NCBI GenBank assembly: GCA_030390025.1
Contig: CM059432.1
Location: forward strand, 30,754,001 to 30,818,000
Reading direction: 5' to 3'
DNA length: 64,000 nucleotides
DNA from: Squalus acanthias
Lineage: Eukaryota
Part shown: in pieces, positions 1 through 12,146 of the stretch
Position numbering within the stretch: position 1 is the stretch's first letter
How the letters are laid out: the number at the start of each line of letters is the position of its first letter
Made by a program: the position numbers and the translations under genes
Notes under the pieces: generated by a model
The model's input: the letters and a program-made list of their open reading frames with translations, nothing else
Databases searched by the model: none
Told to the model about the DNA's origin: nothing

Positions 1-192
1 ACGACAGGTTTCCTTCCCTAAAGGACATTAGTGAACCAGTTGGGTTTTTATGACTAATCATGGTCACCATTACTAATACTAGCTTTTTGTTCCAGATTTA
101 TTTAATTAACTGAATTCAAGTTCACAAAATGCCATGGTGGGAATTGAACCCCCGAATGACTAGTCCAGTAACATAACCAATATGCTACCATA
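1..192 (-). mobile_element. SINE/LINE-tail fragment with tRNA-like head on the minus strand
   Basis: B-box-like GGTTCAATTCCCACC on the minus strand (~137-151); the body resembles common shark interspersed repeats. Confidence 0.4.
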
Positions 193-199
193 TCTACTC

Positions 200-353
200 T
201 ATTGACTCCTTTTATCATTTTAAAATTTCAACTTGATCAACCTTCAACCTTCTAAACTAAAAGGAATACATCCCAGGTTTATGCAACATATCCTCATAAT
301 TTAACCTGTTAAGGTCTGGGATAATTCTGGTGCATCTGCGCTGTACACTCTCC
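200..353 (-). mobile_element. Old CR1 LINE ORF2 fragment, split by the LTR at 354 and resuming at ~10078-10140
   Basis: Resembles the [10 protein letters not shown] region of the other CR1 copies; continues after 10077 as ttcctgaggtgcggtgcccagaactg..cagtactccag. Confidence 0.6.
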
Positions 354-1078
354 TGTGAAGGAATAAGCCATATAACCTATTTAGAAAAATATACCATCTT
401 ATGAAGGAGTTCTGGCCTTATTAAAATATGACAAACTGGGTTTGGAAATTTAGAAACCTAACTATGAAATAGCTATGAAAGCATTCTGGCTATTGAGATA
501 AGACAGTTGTTGACCCTGAATAAATAACCTTATTGAAACAGAAGGTGCACGGCTCTGACAAGCTGACCTTTTGGGAACAAAACAATGGTTCACCCTGGAT
601 AAGGTGTTCTAATTTAAACTTTGTAAAGATGGCACATAAGATAAGGAACATCTGCCCTCATAAAGATGACATAAAATAAGGAACACCTGTCGTTCACACC
701 GTTTTTATATGGTCAACCCAGAACACCTGGAGATTTGACAAGATTCTGGCTGATGTGGCAGTAAGAGTTGCAGAGGTCGGCAGAAAAATGAATAGAGATA
801 ATTAACTTGTATCAGCAGAAAACCTTAAAGGAAATACCACTGGAAAAGGGTATAAATATTGAACTCTCGAATAGGATATCAGACTCGCTTTAATCGGGCA
901 AAGTGATTCTCAGCTTCAGAGGCGGCTCTGTAGTCTACCACTCTTTGTACCTCGGGGATCAAAGGTATTTGGTATTGATGGATATCCTGTAAAGAGAACC
1001 TTAAGACTCATCTGACGCTTCAACAAAAAACTTTTTTTCTTCCTTTCTGATGTCAAGGATCGCAAGCTTCATCAACTC

Positions 1079-3351
1079 TTGAACACCAACGTCCCTCCGG
1101 AACCTTCTTCCCCTTCATTTTCCTCTGACCCCCCTTCTCCCAATCTCACCCCCTGCTGCGTTTTCACTATCCCTTCTGACCTCCCCCTTTCTGACCCCGA
1201 ACGATCAGTCCTCAGCAAAGGCCTGAGCTTCATCCCCTTACGCCCCCACCTCAATGAATTTCGAGCTCGGCACGATGCTGGGCTCTTTTTCTGCCGCCTT
1301 CGCCTCCATGCCCACTTCTTTGGCCAGGAGTCTTCCGCCCGCACGGCTGACCCATTCTCCCGCTTTCAGAATTCCCGTTCTACCTGGACCCCTCCCTCTG
1401 GCCTCTTACCCTCTCTAGATCGTTTCATTGCTAACTGCCGGCGTGACATCGGCCGTCTCAATTTCTCTGCTCCACTCTCTCACTCCAACCTACCTCCCTC
1501 TGAACTTGCAGCACTCTATTCCCTCAGATCCAACCCCGACATTGTCATTAAACCTGCTGACAAGGGTGGTGCTGTTGTTGTTTGGCGTACCGACCTCTAC
1601 TAGCAGAAGCTGAACGCCAACTCTCCGACACCTCCTCCTACCTCCACCTGGACCATGACCCCACTATCGATCATCAAACCACCATTTCCAAGACCGTCAC
1701 TGACCTCATCTCCTCTGGAGATCTTCCCCGCACGGCCGCCAACCTCATAGTTCCCCAACCCCGCACAGCCCGCTTCTACCTCCTTCCCAAGATCCACAAA
1801 CAGTACTGCCCTGGTAGACCCATCGTTTCAGCCTGTTCTTGCCCCACGGAACTTATCTCTTCCTATCTCGACTCTATTTTTTCTCCCCTTATGCAGTCTC
1901 TTCCCACCTACATCCGCGACTCTTCCGACGCCCTCCGCCACTTTAACAGTTTCCAGTTTCCCGGCCCCAACCGCCTCCTTTTCACTATGGACGTACAATC
2001 CCTCTACACCTCCATTCCCCACCAGGATGGCCTGAGGGCACTCCGCTTCTTCCTTGAACAGAGGTCCAACCAGTTCCCATCCACCACCACCCTCCTCCAC
2101 CTGGCTGAACTTGTTCTCACATTGAACAACTTCTCCTTTGACTCCATCCATTTCCTCCAAATCAAAGGTGTTGCTATGGGTACCCGCATGGGTCCTAGCT
2201 ATGCCTGCCTTTTCGTGGGATATGTGGAACACTCTTTGTTCCAGTCCTACTCGGGTCCCCTCCCTCACCTCTTTTTCCGGTACATTGATGACTGTATCAG
2301 TGCCGTCTCCTGCTCTCGCCTTGAACTAGAACATTTCATTCACTATGCTTCCAATTTCCACCCTTCCCTCACCTTCACATGGTCCATCTCCGACTCTTCC
2401 CTTCCCTTCCTCGACTTCTCCGTCTCCATCTCTGGGGATAGGTTATTGACTAACATTCACTACAAGCCCACTGACTCCCACAGCTACCTGGACTACACTT
2501 CCTCCCACCCTGCCTCCTGTAAGGACTCTATTCCATTCTCCCAGTTTCTTCGTCTCCGCCGCATCTGCTCTGACGATGCCACCTTCCATACCAGTGCTTC
2601 CGACATGTCTTCCTTTTTCCTTAACCGAGGATTCCCCTCTACTGTGGTCGACACGGCCCTCGACCGTGTCCGTTCTATCTCCCGCACTTCTGCCCTCACA
2701 CCTGCCCCTCCCTCCCGGAACCATGATAGAGTTCCCCTTGTCCTCACCTTTCACCCCACCAGCCTTCACATTCAACGGATCATCCTCCGCCATTTCCGCC
2801 ACCTCCAACGTGATCCCACCGCCAAACGCATCTTCCCCTCACCTCCCCTTTCAGCATTCCGCAGGGACCGCTCCCTCCGCGACACCCTAGTCCACTCCTC
2901 TACCACCCCCAGCACCCCTTCCCCTTCGCCCGGCACCTTCCCATGCACGCGCAGGAGATGCAACACATGCCCTTATACCTCCCCTCTTCCCACTGTCCAG
3001 GGCCCCAAACACCCCTTCCAGGTGAAACAGCGATTTACTTGTACTTCCTGCAATTTAGTATACTGTATTCGCTGCTCACGATGTGGTCTCCTCTACATTG
3101 GGGAGACCAAACGCAGATTGGGTGACCGCTTTGCGGAACACCTCCGTTCAGTCCGTAAGGGGGACCCCGAGCTCCCGGTGGCCTGTCACTTTAATTCTCC
3201 GCTCCACTCCCACTCTGACCTCACCGTCCTCGGCCTATTACACTGTTCCATGGAAGCTCAGCGTAAGCTCAAGGAACAGCACCTCATCTTTCGTTTAGGC
3301 ACCCTACAGCCCTCTGGACTCAATATTGAGTTCAACAATTTTAGATCATAA
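1079..3351 (+). pseudogene. Penelope-like RT/GIY-YIG endonuclease polyprotein with one frameshift at ~1600
   Basis: KPADKGGAVVV, FYLLPKIHK, GRPIVS, MDVQSLYTSIP, GVAMGTRMGPSYA, RYIDD, Cys linker CTRRRCNTC, NLVYCIRC..CGLLYIGETKRRL..RFAEH; WRTDLY and LAEAERQL are joined by a 1-nt shift. Confidence 0.92.
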
Positions 3352-3634
3352 CCTCAGCCCCGTTCACATTTATATTTTATTTTTTCATCCACCCTTTTGT
3401 TTGGCCCCCCTCCCCTTTTTTTTTTCCTCCCAGAAGCTGGCAGCTGTCCTTCATTCTGCCAGTGCATTTCACGCTTCTTTTAGCCTCAACCTGTCATATT
3501 AACACTTCCTCTTGCCTTGATCATCTCTTAATGTCTCTCAATGTCTCTTAATCTCTCCTTTTGTTCTTTCATCCCCTCCCCCTTTTCCCAGCTTTATCCT
3601 TGCTTTAAATCTATTTCATTTCCTGCTTTTTTCC

Positions 3635-3671
3635 AGTTCTGACGAAAGGTCTTCGATCTGAAACGTTAACT
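3635..3671 (+). ncRNA. Minimal type I hammerhead ribozyme (Penelope family A)
   Basis: AGTT-CTGACGA-a-AGGTC ttc GATCT-GAAA-CGTT-AACT: both core boxes, stem I AGTT/AACT, stem II, palindromic stem III AACGTT. Confidence 0.8.
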
Positions 3672-4535
3672 CTGTTTCTCTCTCCACGGATGCTGCCTGG
3701 CCTGCGGAGTTTTTCCAGCGTTTTCTTTTTTTATTTAAGAACTGTAATACTGTAGCAAAGTTAAGATTTAAAAGTAAGATTCTCTGTTAAAAAGATCGTA
3801 GGGGAAAAATTAGGTCGCGCCCCATTTGGGGCGCAAATATCGTCTGGACGCAAATATTAGCGCCTGGCGCTACTTATCGCCACTGACTGGAAACTTCACT
3901 TTTACCGCCCCGGGAGGTGAGTGGAGCGCTAAATCAGGCGCTGCACACCTGTCTTAAGGCGCAAAGGCCGAGCAGTGAGGCGCTAACTCAGCGCGCGAGC
4001 GCAGCGCAGCTGCTGCCAGTTAGCGAGGGAACACAGACACACTGGCGCCGGCCACTTCTTAAAGCGGGGGGGCCAACTTGCTCCCCAGCCACACCCTGCT
4101 CATTGCAGCCTTGAATCTCGGCCTGGAGAGACCTGTGAATCCATTTTGCTGCCAAGGATGGAGAGGGTGAGAGAACGAGCTCATCGCTTCACCGAGCGGG
4201 CCTTGGATGCTCTGGTTGGTGCGGTGGAGCGCAGAAGATGTATACTCTTCCCTGAGAGTGGCAGGAGGCCTTTGCCACGCGAGTTCAGAAGAGTGTGGAG
4301 GGAGGTGGCTCAGAGCGTCTCCTCCAGGAGCATGGTGCCCAGGACCCATACTCAATGCCGCAAAAAGTTCAACGACCTCACTCGGGTCGTCAGGGTGAGT
4401 GGCTTTTTCTCAATACCTCTCCATCCCTCCATCTCAACCTCACTCTATGGCCAGAGGGTCTTAAAACCCCAATGCACAACACTCATCCAACACCTATGGC
4501 CCTTTCATGAAACACACACACACATTCCACACTTT

Positions 4536-4643
4536 GCATACAGTAAGGGCTATTCACTTATGGGAGGCACATCAGGCAAGACCATGGCTGCATACAGTAA
4601 GGGCTATTCACCTATGGGAGGCACATCAGGCAAGACCATGGCT
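4536..4643. repeat. 54-bp tandem duplication in intron 1 of the copy-1 Myb gene
   Basis: Two units of gcatacagtaagggctattcac(t/c)tatgggaggcacatcaggcaagaccatggct; a single unit in copy 2. Confidence 0.9.
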
Positions 4644-4967
4644 GTATATTTACTCAGATGCTGTCCTTTTTCTTACAGGCCAAGCTGGCGCATAATCAGA
4701 GACAGCAGCAATGGACAGGTGGAGGGCGGCCTCAGCTGCAACCCCTCAGCGATCTTGAGGAGCGCGTCCACAGGATTGTGGCAAGCCGGGTGATCGGTCC
4801 CGTCGCCACTGGAGACGCCGACCCCGTTCTGGACAGCAATGGTAAGGTCATCACCTTTTTGTCCTCTGTCCTTCCACTTGTCCCTCACAACACCAGCCTT
4901 TGACACTTTCAATCCAACTTGCTAACTCGCTGCACTTATTCCTCCCTTACTGCCACCCTGTCCTCAC

Positions 4968-6642
4968 TGTAAGGGATTCTGACCCTGCGTGTCTCGCAGC
5001 CTGTGAGATTCACGCGGCTCTGTGCAGCCTGTATGTCAGTGCGGGTTTAGGCCTTGTTGCCTGTTCTGGTCTCCAGCCAGTCTGGGAGCACTAGACACAC
5101 CTGTGAGTGGTTCGAATCACTCGCCCTTACGGTTCTAGACACTGGACTTAGATGCGAGAGCAGTAATGGAGATGAAACTCATGTAGACTCGGTTGAATGG
5201 TACGAAATGGAAAATCTTTATTGCATGATATTTAAGATTATGAAATACATGTCATAAGCACAGATTAATGACAGTACAATCTTACAAGCAGTTATATAGC
5301 TGATCCTAGGGAAACGAGGAACGAACGACACACCGTAAATAGGGGCACACGTTACAAGTATCCTTAATACTTAAACCCTCCCCTATCAGTATCTATCCTA
5401 ACTAGATTCGTAGGATTTCGAGACTCATGCTCACCACTCGTGATAACTCGGAGAAATTCCGAATAGCTGATCGGATGTTTTTCACCGCAGCACCCACGTG
5501 TCGGTCAGGAGATCTCCTGGTCCCACTTGTTTACTTGCTTCTGCTCCGGCTAGCAGGCTGGACCGTCTGCTGTGATGAAGATCTGTGTTGGTTGGTTTAA
5601 CAGGTACTTTTCCGAGCAGGTTTCACAGTTCAGTCAATATCATCGATGATGAACCGTTCTTGCAAGTTCAAAGAAGTCTTCCTGGCAAGGAAAACTTGGC
5701 TATTCGACCTACAGGCGCGGTCGGGATTTACTGACCGTGGCGATGAGTATGGTCTTCCTCTCTTCTCATCTCATCTCATCTCATCTCATCTCATCTCGGG
5801 CCTTTGGTTCCGCTGCCAGTTACCAACATAGGTCTTCGTTACGCGACACGAGGTAGATCCGAACGGATCAGAAAGTTCAACAGTCTTTTTCAAAGAGGCA
5901 CCAGGCAAGCAGGAACCCGACTACGAGTCAAAACACAGGAGCAGCCACGAGGTTACGAATCGATCGGATAAGAGCATAAGAGCACAGGAGCAGCCACGAG
6001 GATAAGAGAAAGATGGACGGTTGGATCTTGTAATTATAGTGCAAAATCCTCCGTTTCCCGCCCAACCTTAATGTCCTTTCTTTTGTTAGGGTCTGGCGCT
6101 CAAATGTCTTGTATGGGTGATCTCCGTTCTTAATGGGTTTCGGGGCTACTCGTAAATGTCTGAGTACCTGTTAATATTTCTCCCATTGTTAAATCGGTCG
6201 GTGTTCTCCCTGGAGGGGTTTTGGGGCTTCCAAGTGTTTTGTATAACTACCTGCTAACGGCTCTCTCATCGTAGAGTCGTTGGGATTTTACATATTAATG
6301 TCTTTTGGATGGGCCCTTGATTACTCGGTACAATGGCTTTCATTCGTACCTGGGAGACCGATTTCAGTATTTATGTGTATACTGCAAACCCATAATGTCT
6401 CGTGTATTATCTTCACTGTGCTGAATCTTAATCGATCTTGCACAAATGTTTATTGGAACGCCATCTTGTCTGCCTGTCGAAAAGTCTAGAATGTTCTGTC
6501 ACGAGGTGCGGCGGCCATTTTACAGGCTGCTTGTGTCTACTTTGAGAAACCTGGCAGCATTCTGCTGAAATAAAAGCTGTTTGAACGAGACTCTGTGTTT
6601 TCTCCTTATTAAATAAAATCGCGATATATTGCGAATTCTACA
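4968..6642 (-). mobile_element. Solo LTR B (1675 bp) inserted in intron 2 of the Harbinger Myb gene
   Basis: TGTAAG...CTACA termini, TCAC duplication (4964-4967 / 6643-6646), empty site visible in copy 2 (ctcacgctaaag); minus-strand TATA ~6032-6040 and AATAAA 5217-5222. Confidence 0.85.
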
Positions 6643-7968
6643 TCACGCTAAAGCCACTCTTGTACCTCCCTGCTTTCAGATGGTGATTCACCAGCTGAGG
6701 AGACGGGCCCTGAAGCTGCCACTGGGAGTGAAGCTGCAGCCGAGGAGGAAGAGGAAGCCGGAGCATCAGTGCCACCCTCTCCCGAGGAAGCCTATGCCCA
6801 CACTGGGAACACGCCTTCCCTGGAGGGGAGCAGGGGGGAAAGGTCTGATGAGGGTGAAGCTCCAGGACCCAGCGGGCTGCAGCAACGCCATGGGGGTAGG
6901 GAAGAACGGGGGCCTTCTCCCCAGAGGGAGAGTATGCCAGACACTCCTACTGCAATGGACGCAGAGGAGGAGCGGCTGATCGCAGAAATGAACACCCAGG
7001 CGGTGGGCATGCACACTGAGCTCATGGGTGCAGTGGAAAGGGTGCCCGAATGCATTGAGTCACTGGCAAGGAGTGTGGAGCACTTCGCTGTAGCACAGGC
7101 GGATGCCACACTAACGCTTAGTGCTGCAATTCAGTCACTGGCTGCCGTGATCCCATCTCTGACTGCTCTCATGCAGACTCAGATTGAGGCCACGCGAGCA
7201 CAGACTGCTGCCAACCTCGATGGTTCGTTCACATGTCCCCGGGGCTGTCACCGCGCTGCAGCAGGCCAGCAATCTGTTCTCCAGCAGATTGCTCCGGATG
7301 CTTAAGTGCTGCCCCGTGGGAGTGCCAGTGTGTCGGGCGAGCAGGGAGTTGCTGTCCTCTCTCACGATGACAGCATTCCTGCTGCCAACACTGTCACTTC
7401 TCCACTGCACTTGCCACCGCCTGTAGGACAGACTGCTGCCGCCCATGCAGAGTTGGTGCAGTCTGCAGCCGGGCCCTCCAGGCCCAGAACTGGTCGAGGC
7501 CGTCCTTCAGGGGCATCTGCAGTGTCAGGGTCTGACGAGCAGCAGCCTTCCACCAGCCTTGCTGCAGCCACTGAGGTCCCATTACGGAGGAGCAGTAGGG
7601 TTAGAAGGGGGGAAGTGCGCAAGGGAAGGAGATCATCCTCGAAGGGCAAAAAGTAGGAGGTGTGACAAAATGCTGGTCATTTTTTTATTAAAGGTCGAGG
7701 TTCATGGTCCAACTTTTGTTTAGTGTTTTGGACATTATCTCCAGGTTGTGAGAACCAGTTATGTTATTAACTGTTTTTTTGTGTTTATTTCTATGAGTTT
7801 GTCATGAGGAATTGACACACACAGAGTTTGTAAAATAAATAAGTTTCTGTATTCAAAATATACATGGTTGGTGGTTGGAATTATTGGTGCCTTGGCCGGC
7901 TTAGGGGTTGTGTGCTGGGTTCATTGATGTTGTTAGCAATGGCAGAAGCCATTTCCACAGCAGGGGCC

Positions 7969-9129
7969 CTAGAAGCGGCTTGCTATTAGCCGTTGACGGA
8001 CGGCCCTTGCAGTTTCACCATTGTGGGCCGCCCTCCCGCCTTGGTGCTGCTGATGATCATCCTCCTCGTCCTCTTCCTCCTCTTCCTCCTCCTCCTCTGG
8101 TGGTGCTCCAAGGCCTGGTGGCATTGGCTGGGTCCTGAGGATTGCCATGTTATGCAACATGCAGCACACAACTACGAAGTTGGATACTCGCTCAGGCGAG
8201 TACTGCAGGGCTCCTCCAGAATGGTCGAGACAGCGGAACCGTTGCTTCAGCACGCCGATTGTGCGCTCAATTATGTTCCTGGTAGCTTGATGGCTCTCAT
8301 TGTACCACAGCTCAGCAGGGGTGTTGGGCGTACGGAGCGGTGTCATCAGCCAGGTGCTCAATGCATACCCCTTGTCCCCGAGAAGCCAACCAACTGGCTG
8401 ATGCGGTGCCTCAAAAAGTTCTGCCACAGTAGTCTGGCGCAGGATAAAAGCATCGTGGCAGCTGCCAGGATAGTGGGCATTGACAGCGAGTATCAGCTGT
8501 CTGTGGTCACAGACCAACTGAACATTCAAGGAATGGAACCCCTTTCTGTTCCGGAATTCCTCGGCATTCTCATGCGGAGCACGCAAAGCCACATGCGTGC
8601 AGTCAATGGCGCCCTGCACCATGGGGAAGCCCGCTACCCTCGCAAAGCCCAGAGCGCGGTCACGCTGCTTGTCTGGGGTCATGGGGAAAGAGATGAACTC
8701 TCGTCTCCTTTTAAAGAGGACATTTGTGACCTGCCGGATGCAGCAATGCACTGCGAACTGGGAGATATTGGCGAGGTCCCCAGCAGCAGCTTGAAATGAG
8801 CCAGTAGCGTAGAAGTTGAGAGCCACTGTGACCTTCACTGCCACCGACAGAGACGTCCTGGACTTCAGTTGAGGCTGCAGATCTGGCTGCAGCAGGTGGC
8901 AGAGCTCAGTGACCACCTCCTTGCTGAATCACAGCCTTCGCAAACACAGCTCCTCAGACATATGAAGGTAGGAGAGCTGTTCACGATATACCCTGGGAGG
9001 GTAAGCTCTCCTGTACATACGCCTGTTGGCCCTCCTCCGTCTGGCCATCATTGCCACTCTCTCTCTGCGTCTCTGTGTCCTCCGATTCAGCTGGAGCAGG
9101 ACGACGCCCCCAATCAGTGCAGCCCCCAT
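7969..9129 (-). pseudogene. Harbinger DDE transposase (HARBI1-like, 386 aa) with in-frame TGA at 8929-8931
   Basis: GAIDCTHV, NRKGFHSLNVQLVCD, PGSCHDAFIL, LLGDKGY, RNIIERTIGVLKQRFRCL, CCMLHN. Confidence 0.93.
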
Positions 9130-11514
9130 AGTCTCTTTGCAAGCAAAGTAATGAAGGACAGCAACTAAAGTACTAGCGAAGTTAGGATCAGTAGGCAAAA
9201 CTACCTCACAAAGCGTTGAGTCAATGCAGAAGTCTCTCTTTCTCTCTCTCCGAATCTCTCTCTCTCTCTCAGAACGAGTGGTGCAAAAATGTCCACCACA
9301 GAAAAAGACAGGAAGAGGCCCCCTTTAAATAGCGCCCCCCCCAGCCCCACAGCGATTGATAGCGTTCCAGTCTTCCGGTCGTTGGATGCGCCAGGCGGTA
9401 AGGCAGGGGGCGCCACTCAATTTCCGCTCCGGGGCGCCACAAGGGCGTTGCACCATGGAATGACGTCACAATCTGCGCGCGCAGGTGTTCGCAGCGGTAA
9501 GGTTTAGCGCCACCACACAATCTCTAGTTAAGTTCCCGAGCGGCGCAAACATCGCTGCGCCCGGGCGTTAGCGGCTTTGCGCCCCATTAGCGCCCTCTTA
9601 AGGCGCTAACGGGAGGCGCAACCAACTGAATTTTTACCCCCGTATGTTTTCTCTTTTTAGAACTGTTAAAGTTGCAATTGACTTATTCACCAACTGTAAA
9701 TTGCATGTCGGTTCTTTTAATAAATCTCTATATATTTTTAGAATTGTCTCACATAAGACTTCTGTATCAAAAACTCGTGAACTCAATCTCTGTACACTCT
9801 TTGGTGAAGAGTTGCAGAATTCTGAGGGAGTTTCCCGGACCCTCATAATATCCGGGACGTTACAGTCTAGCTAAACTTGTTCATAGCGCTATCTGGAGGA
9901 TGGTAACATTCTTGGGTTGTTCCTTTCCTTTAAGGAGAGATAGCCCGGACCTTTAGACCCAATTAAGCGTCTAGGATTCGGCTACCTCAAACTTTAGTTG
10001 AAAGTGAACATCTGAGAAATACGCCTGATCCGGGGTAGCCCTAAAGGGGCTAGGACTAGTAAAAATCCCTTCACTCCTTCCTGAGGTGCGGTGCCCAGAA
10101 CTGACTGCAGTACTCCAGATGGGGTCTATTGCTGTTGTATCTCATTACATTTGTAATGTATTCTTCAAATTACTCCATTCTAACAATTTAATGAAATTCA
10201 ACCTCCTTAGTTCATTCCTCATTCCCTCAAAATCTGCCGTCCTAAAGTTCAGTCTCTGTTGTATTCCTCTCCTTTTCCATTGTAAGCCGAGCTTGCAGGT
10301 ATGATTTGAGAGTTGCTCTCTAACCATAGCGATGTGACAAAATGAGGAGATTTCTGATTTGTTTTAAATTTCATACACTTCTGAAATAGCTACAGTTAAA
10401 ATGGTGGCTGTCTTTCCTTACCAAAATACAAATTCAAAAATGAAGATCAGAGACAAATTGTCCCCAGGACCAGGGCAGTTTGACTGATCTGGAAATTAGT
10501 AATTATGCAGTGACATTGTTTCAGGTCCTAACTAAATTCTACAGGTCAAGATATTAACAAGTGCTTGGAAACCAGATGACGGAGGAGCATCTCATTAGCA
10601 TGTGACAATGACTTGGCATTATTAATGATCTTCAAGATTAAGCAGCCACGAGACTTGAACAAACTTAGGCGACATCCAAGTCGGAGATTCAGCGGGCCAT
10701 TAACTTTGCAGTTGGCAGGTTGATTGAGAGGACAATAAACTTAAGAAATAATCACAACCCCTCCAGGCATAACTGGATATTATTATTATGTCTGCGAACC
10801 AGTAAATTAGCAACACACAGACAGAAAATAACTTATCATTTGAGGTCCTTTCAGCCCTGGAGCAATGTTTTGTCATCACATGGCTTTGGTCTTTACAATT
10901 TTTAATAATGTTTCCCCATCACGCATCATCACCGTGTTCTATTGACTGAAACTGGGATTGGTGCCATGGAAAATAGTGAGAGAGCTTTCATTGGCGTACA
11001 GAAAGAACGGGAATTGGACCAAGAGGCTGGAGCAGCAGAAGATCACGGCTCAGATATGTACTCATTTTCAAGCTTGGATACTTGCGAAATGGGTATGCAG
11101 GACCGGAAAACATTAGAATCTGGGATGAGCTTTATACAGCCACACACTGATGAGGTACATAGCTGGCTCCAGCCAAACAATGCCCTGTTGAGATTGGAGA
11201 CCAATATTAGAAGATCTCTTTGCAGCTGTAAAAATTACAACATGTATCAAATATCGCAAGCGAGGGGGTGGCCTTTACATGTTTTTAGATTAACTGGATG
11301 GGGAAAGGACTTTACAATGAACTCTTAAAGTGAAGCAATGAAGAATTGCATTTACATAGTACCTTTTCACTTCTCTCAAAAACATCTCAAACCAAATTTG
11401 GTGTGGAATGGCTGTTGCTTTTGTTGAGATAACAACGCATTAAAAATAAACTCTTTGTGACATTTCAACATAATAACATGTCATGTAATGGGTACAATAG
11501 CATAGTGGCTTTGG

Positions 11515-11750
11515 TATAAAAACAGAAAATGCTGGAAATACTCAGCAGGTCGGGCAGCATCATGGAGAGAGAAACAGAGTTAACGTTTCAGTTTGATGAC
11601 CTTTCGTCAGAATTGGAAAATGTTAGAGATGTAACTGTTTTTAAGCAAACGTAGAGGCAGGGATAAGCAGGGGGAAAGAAAAAAAGGGAAGGTCTGTGAT
11701 AGGGTGGAGTGCAGGAGTGATTAAATAACAAAAGGGATGATGATGCAAGA
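11515..11750 (-). mobile_element. Penelope family A 3'/pLTR fragment with degraded hammerhead (11578-11614)
   Basis: Reverse complement of the 3540-3734 region; CTGACGA...GAAACGTTAAC retained, stem II mismatched. Confidence 0.75.
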
Positions 11751-12146
11751 CATTTAAGAGTCTTCCTTATTTCTGTTCTCTGTTATTCGAAATTCTGGGA
11801 ATATGTGCAATCTTCATCATCTGGGCAGTTGATGGCTGCCATGCACTTTCCTCCGCATCAACCTTTCATGCCTCAGATGCTTCTTATTCAAGTGAAACAA
11901 AATTCCACAAGATTAACTCAAGAAGGATAGGTCTCCAGAACTATGGCCATTGATTTGCTTACTGTAGTAATCCAGTCAACTGCACCTCTCTTGAAGCTTT
12001 AGCCACTGCTGCATTTTCTATAGCTACCATGTAGTTCTAATGCTTTACCAAGGTCACAAATCGTTGGTGGATTTTAAACTTGTTGATAATCCCTGTGTGA
12101 TATTCAGGTCAATATTCGAACCCCACCTACTTCAAAAGAAGTTTTG

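Larger units (their letters stand above)
1007..3734 (+). mobile_element. Penelope-like retroelement (family A), 5'-truncated
   Basis: RT plus C-terminal GIY-YIG ORF; pyrimidine-rich 3' region ending in a hammerhead-containing pLTR end; candidate TSD TTAAGA (1001-1006 / 3735-3740). Confidence 0.9.
4158..7656 (+). pseudogene. Harbinger Myb/SANT-like DNA-binding protein, 3 exons (4158-4394, 4679-4841, 6680-7656), ~458 aa, premature TAA at 7303-7305
   Basis: RAHRFTERALDALV..W..VA..V......RT..QCRKKFNDL Myb/SANT signature; GT-AG junctions with compatible phases 0 and 1; copy 2 has GAA at the stop position. Confidence 0.85.
3801..9641. mobile_element. Harbinger/PIF DNA transposon, copy 1 (~4.16 kb net, plus solo LTR B)
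   Basis: TIRs GGGGAAAAATT...AATTTTTACCCC(C), GTA duplication (3798-3800 / 9642-9644), convergent Myb/SANT and DDE genes, colinear with copy 2. Confidence 0.93.
354..10073 (+). mobile_element. Solo LTR A (~1.15 kb net: 354-1006, ~3741-3800, 9645-10073), interrupted by a Penelope and a Harbinger
   Basis: Termini TGTGAAGG...CCCTTCA, flanking CTCC duplication (350-353 / 10074-10077), TATAAATA ~851, AATAAA ~9719; CR1 sequence on both sides. Confidence 0.65.

Noticed and set aside
4146..4793. 215-aa ORF as a single-exon Myb protein
   Set aside because: It runs through a strong GTGAGT donor into intron 1; the three-exon model fits both copies
7993..8799. 268-aa plus-strand ORF, also open in copy 2 (59393-60199)
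   Set aside because: Antisense shadow of the transposase in two closely related copies; no recognisable motifs
10942..11328. 128-aa ORF as a host exon
   Set aside because: No recognisable domain or convincing splice context; cannot be supported
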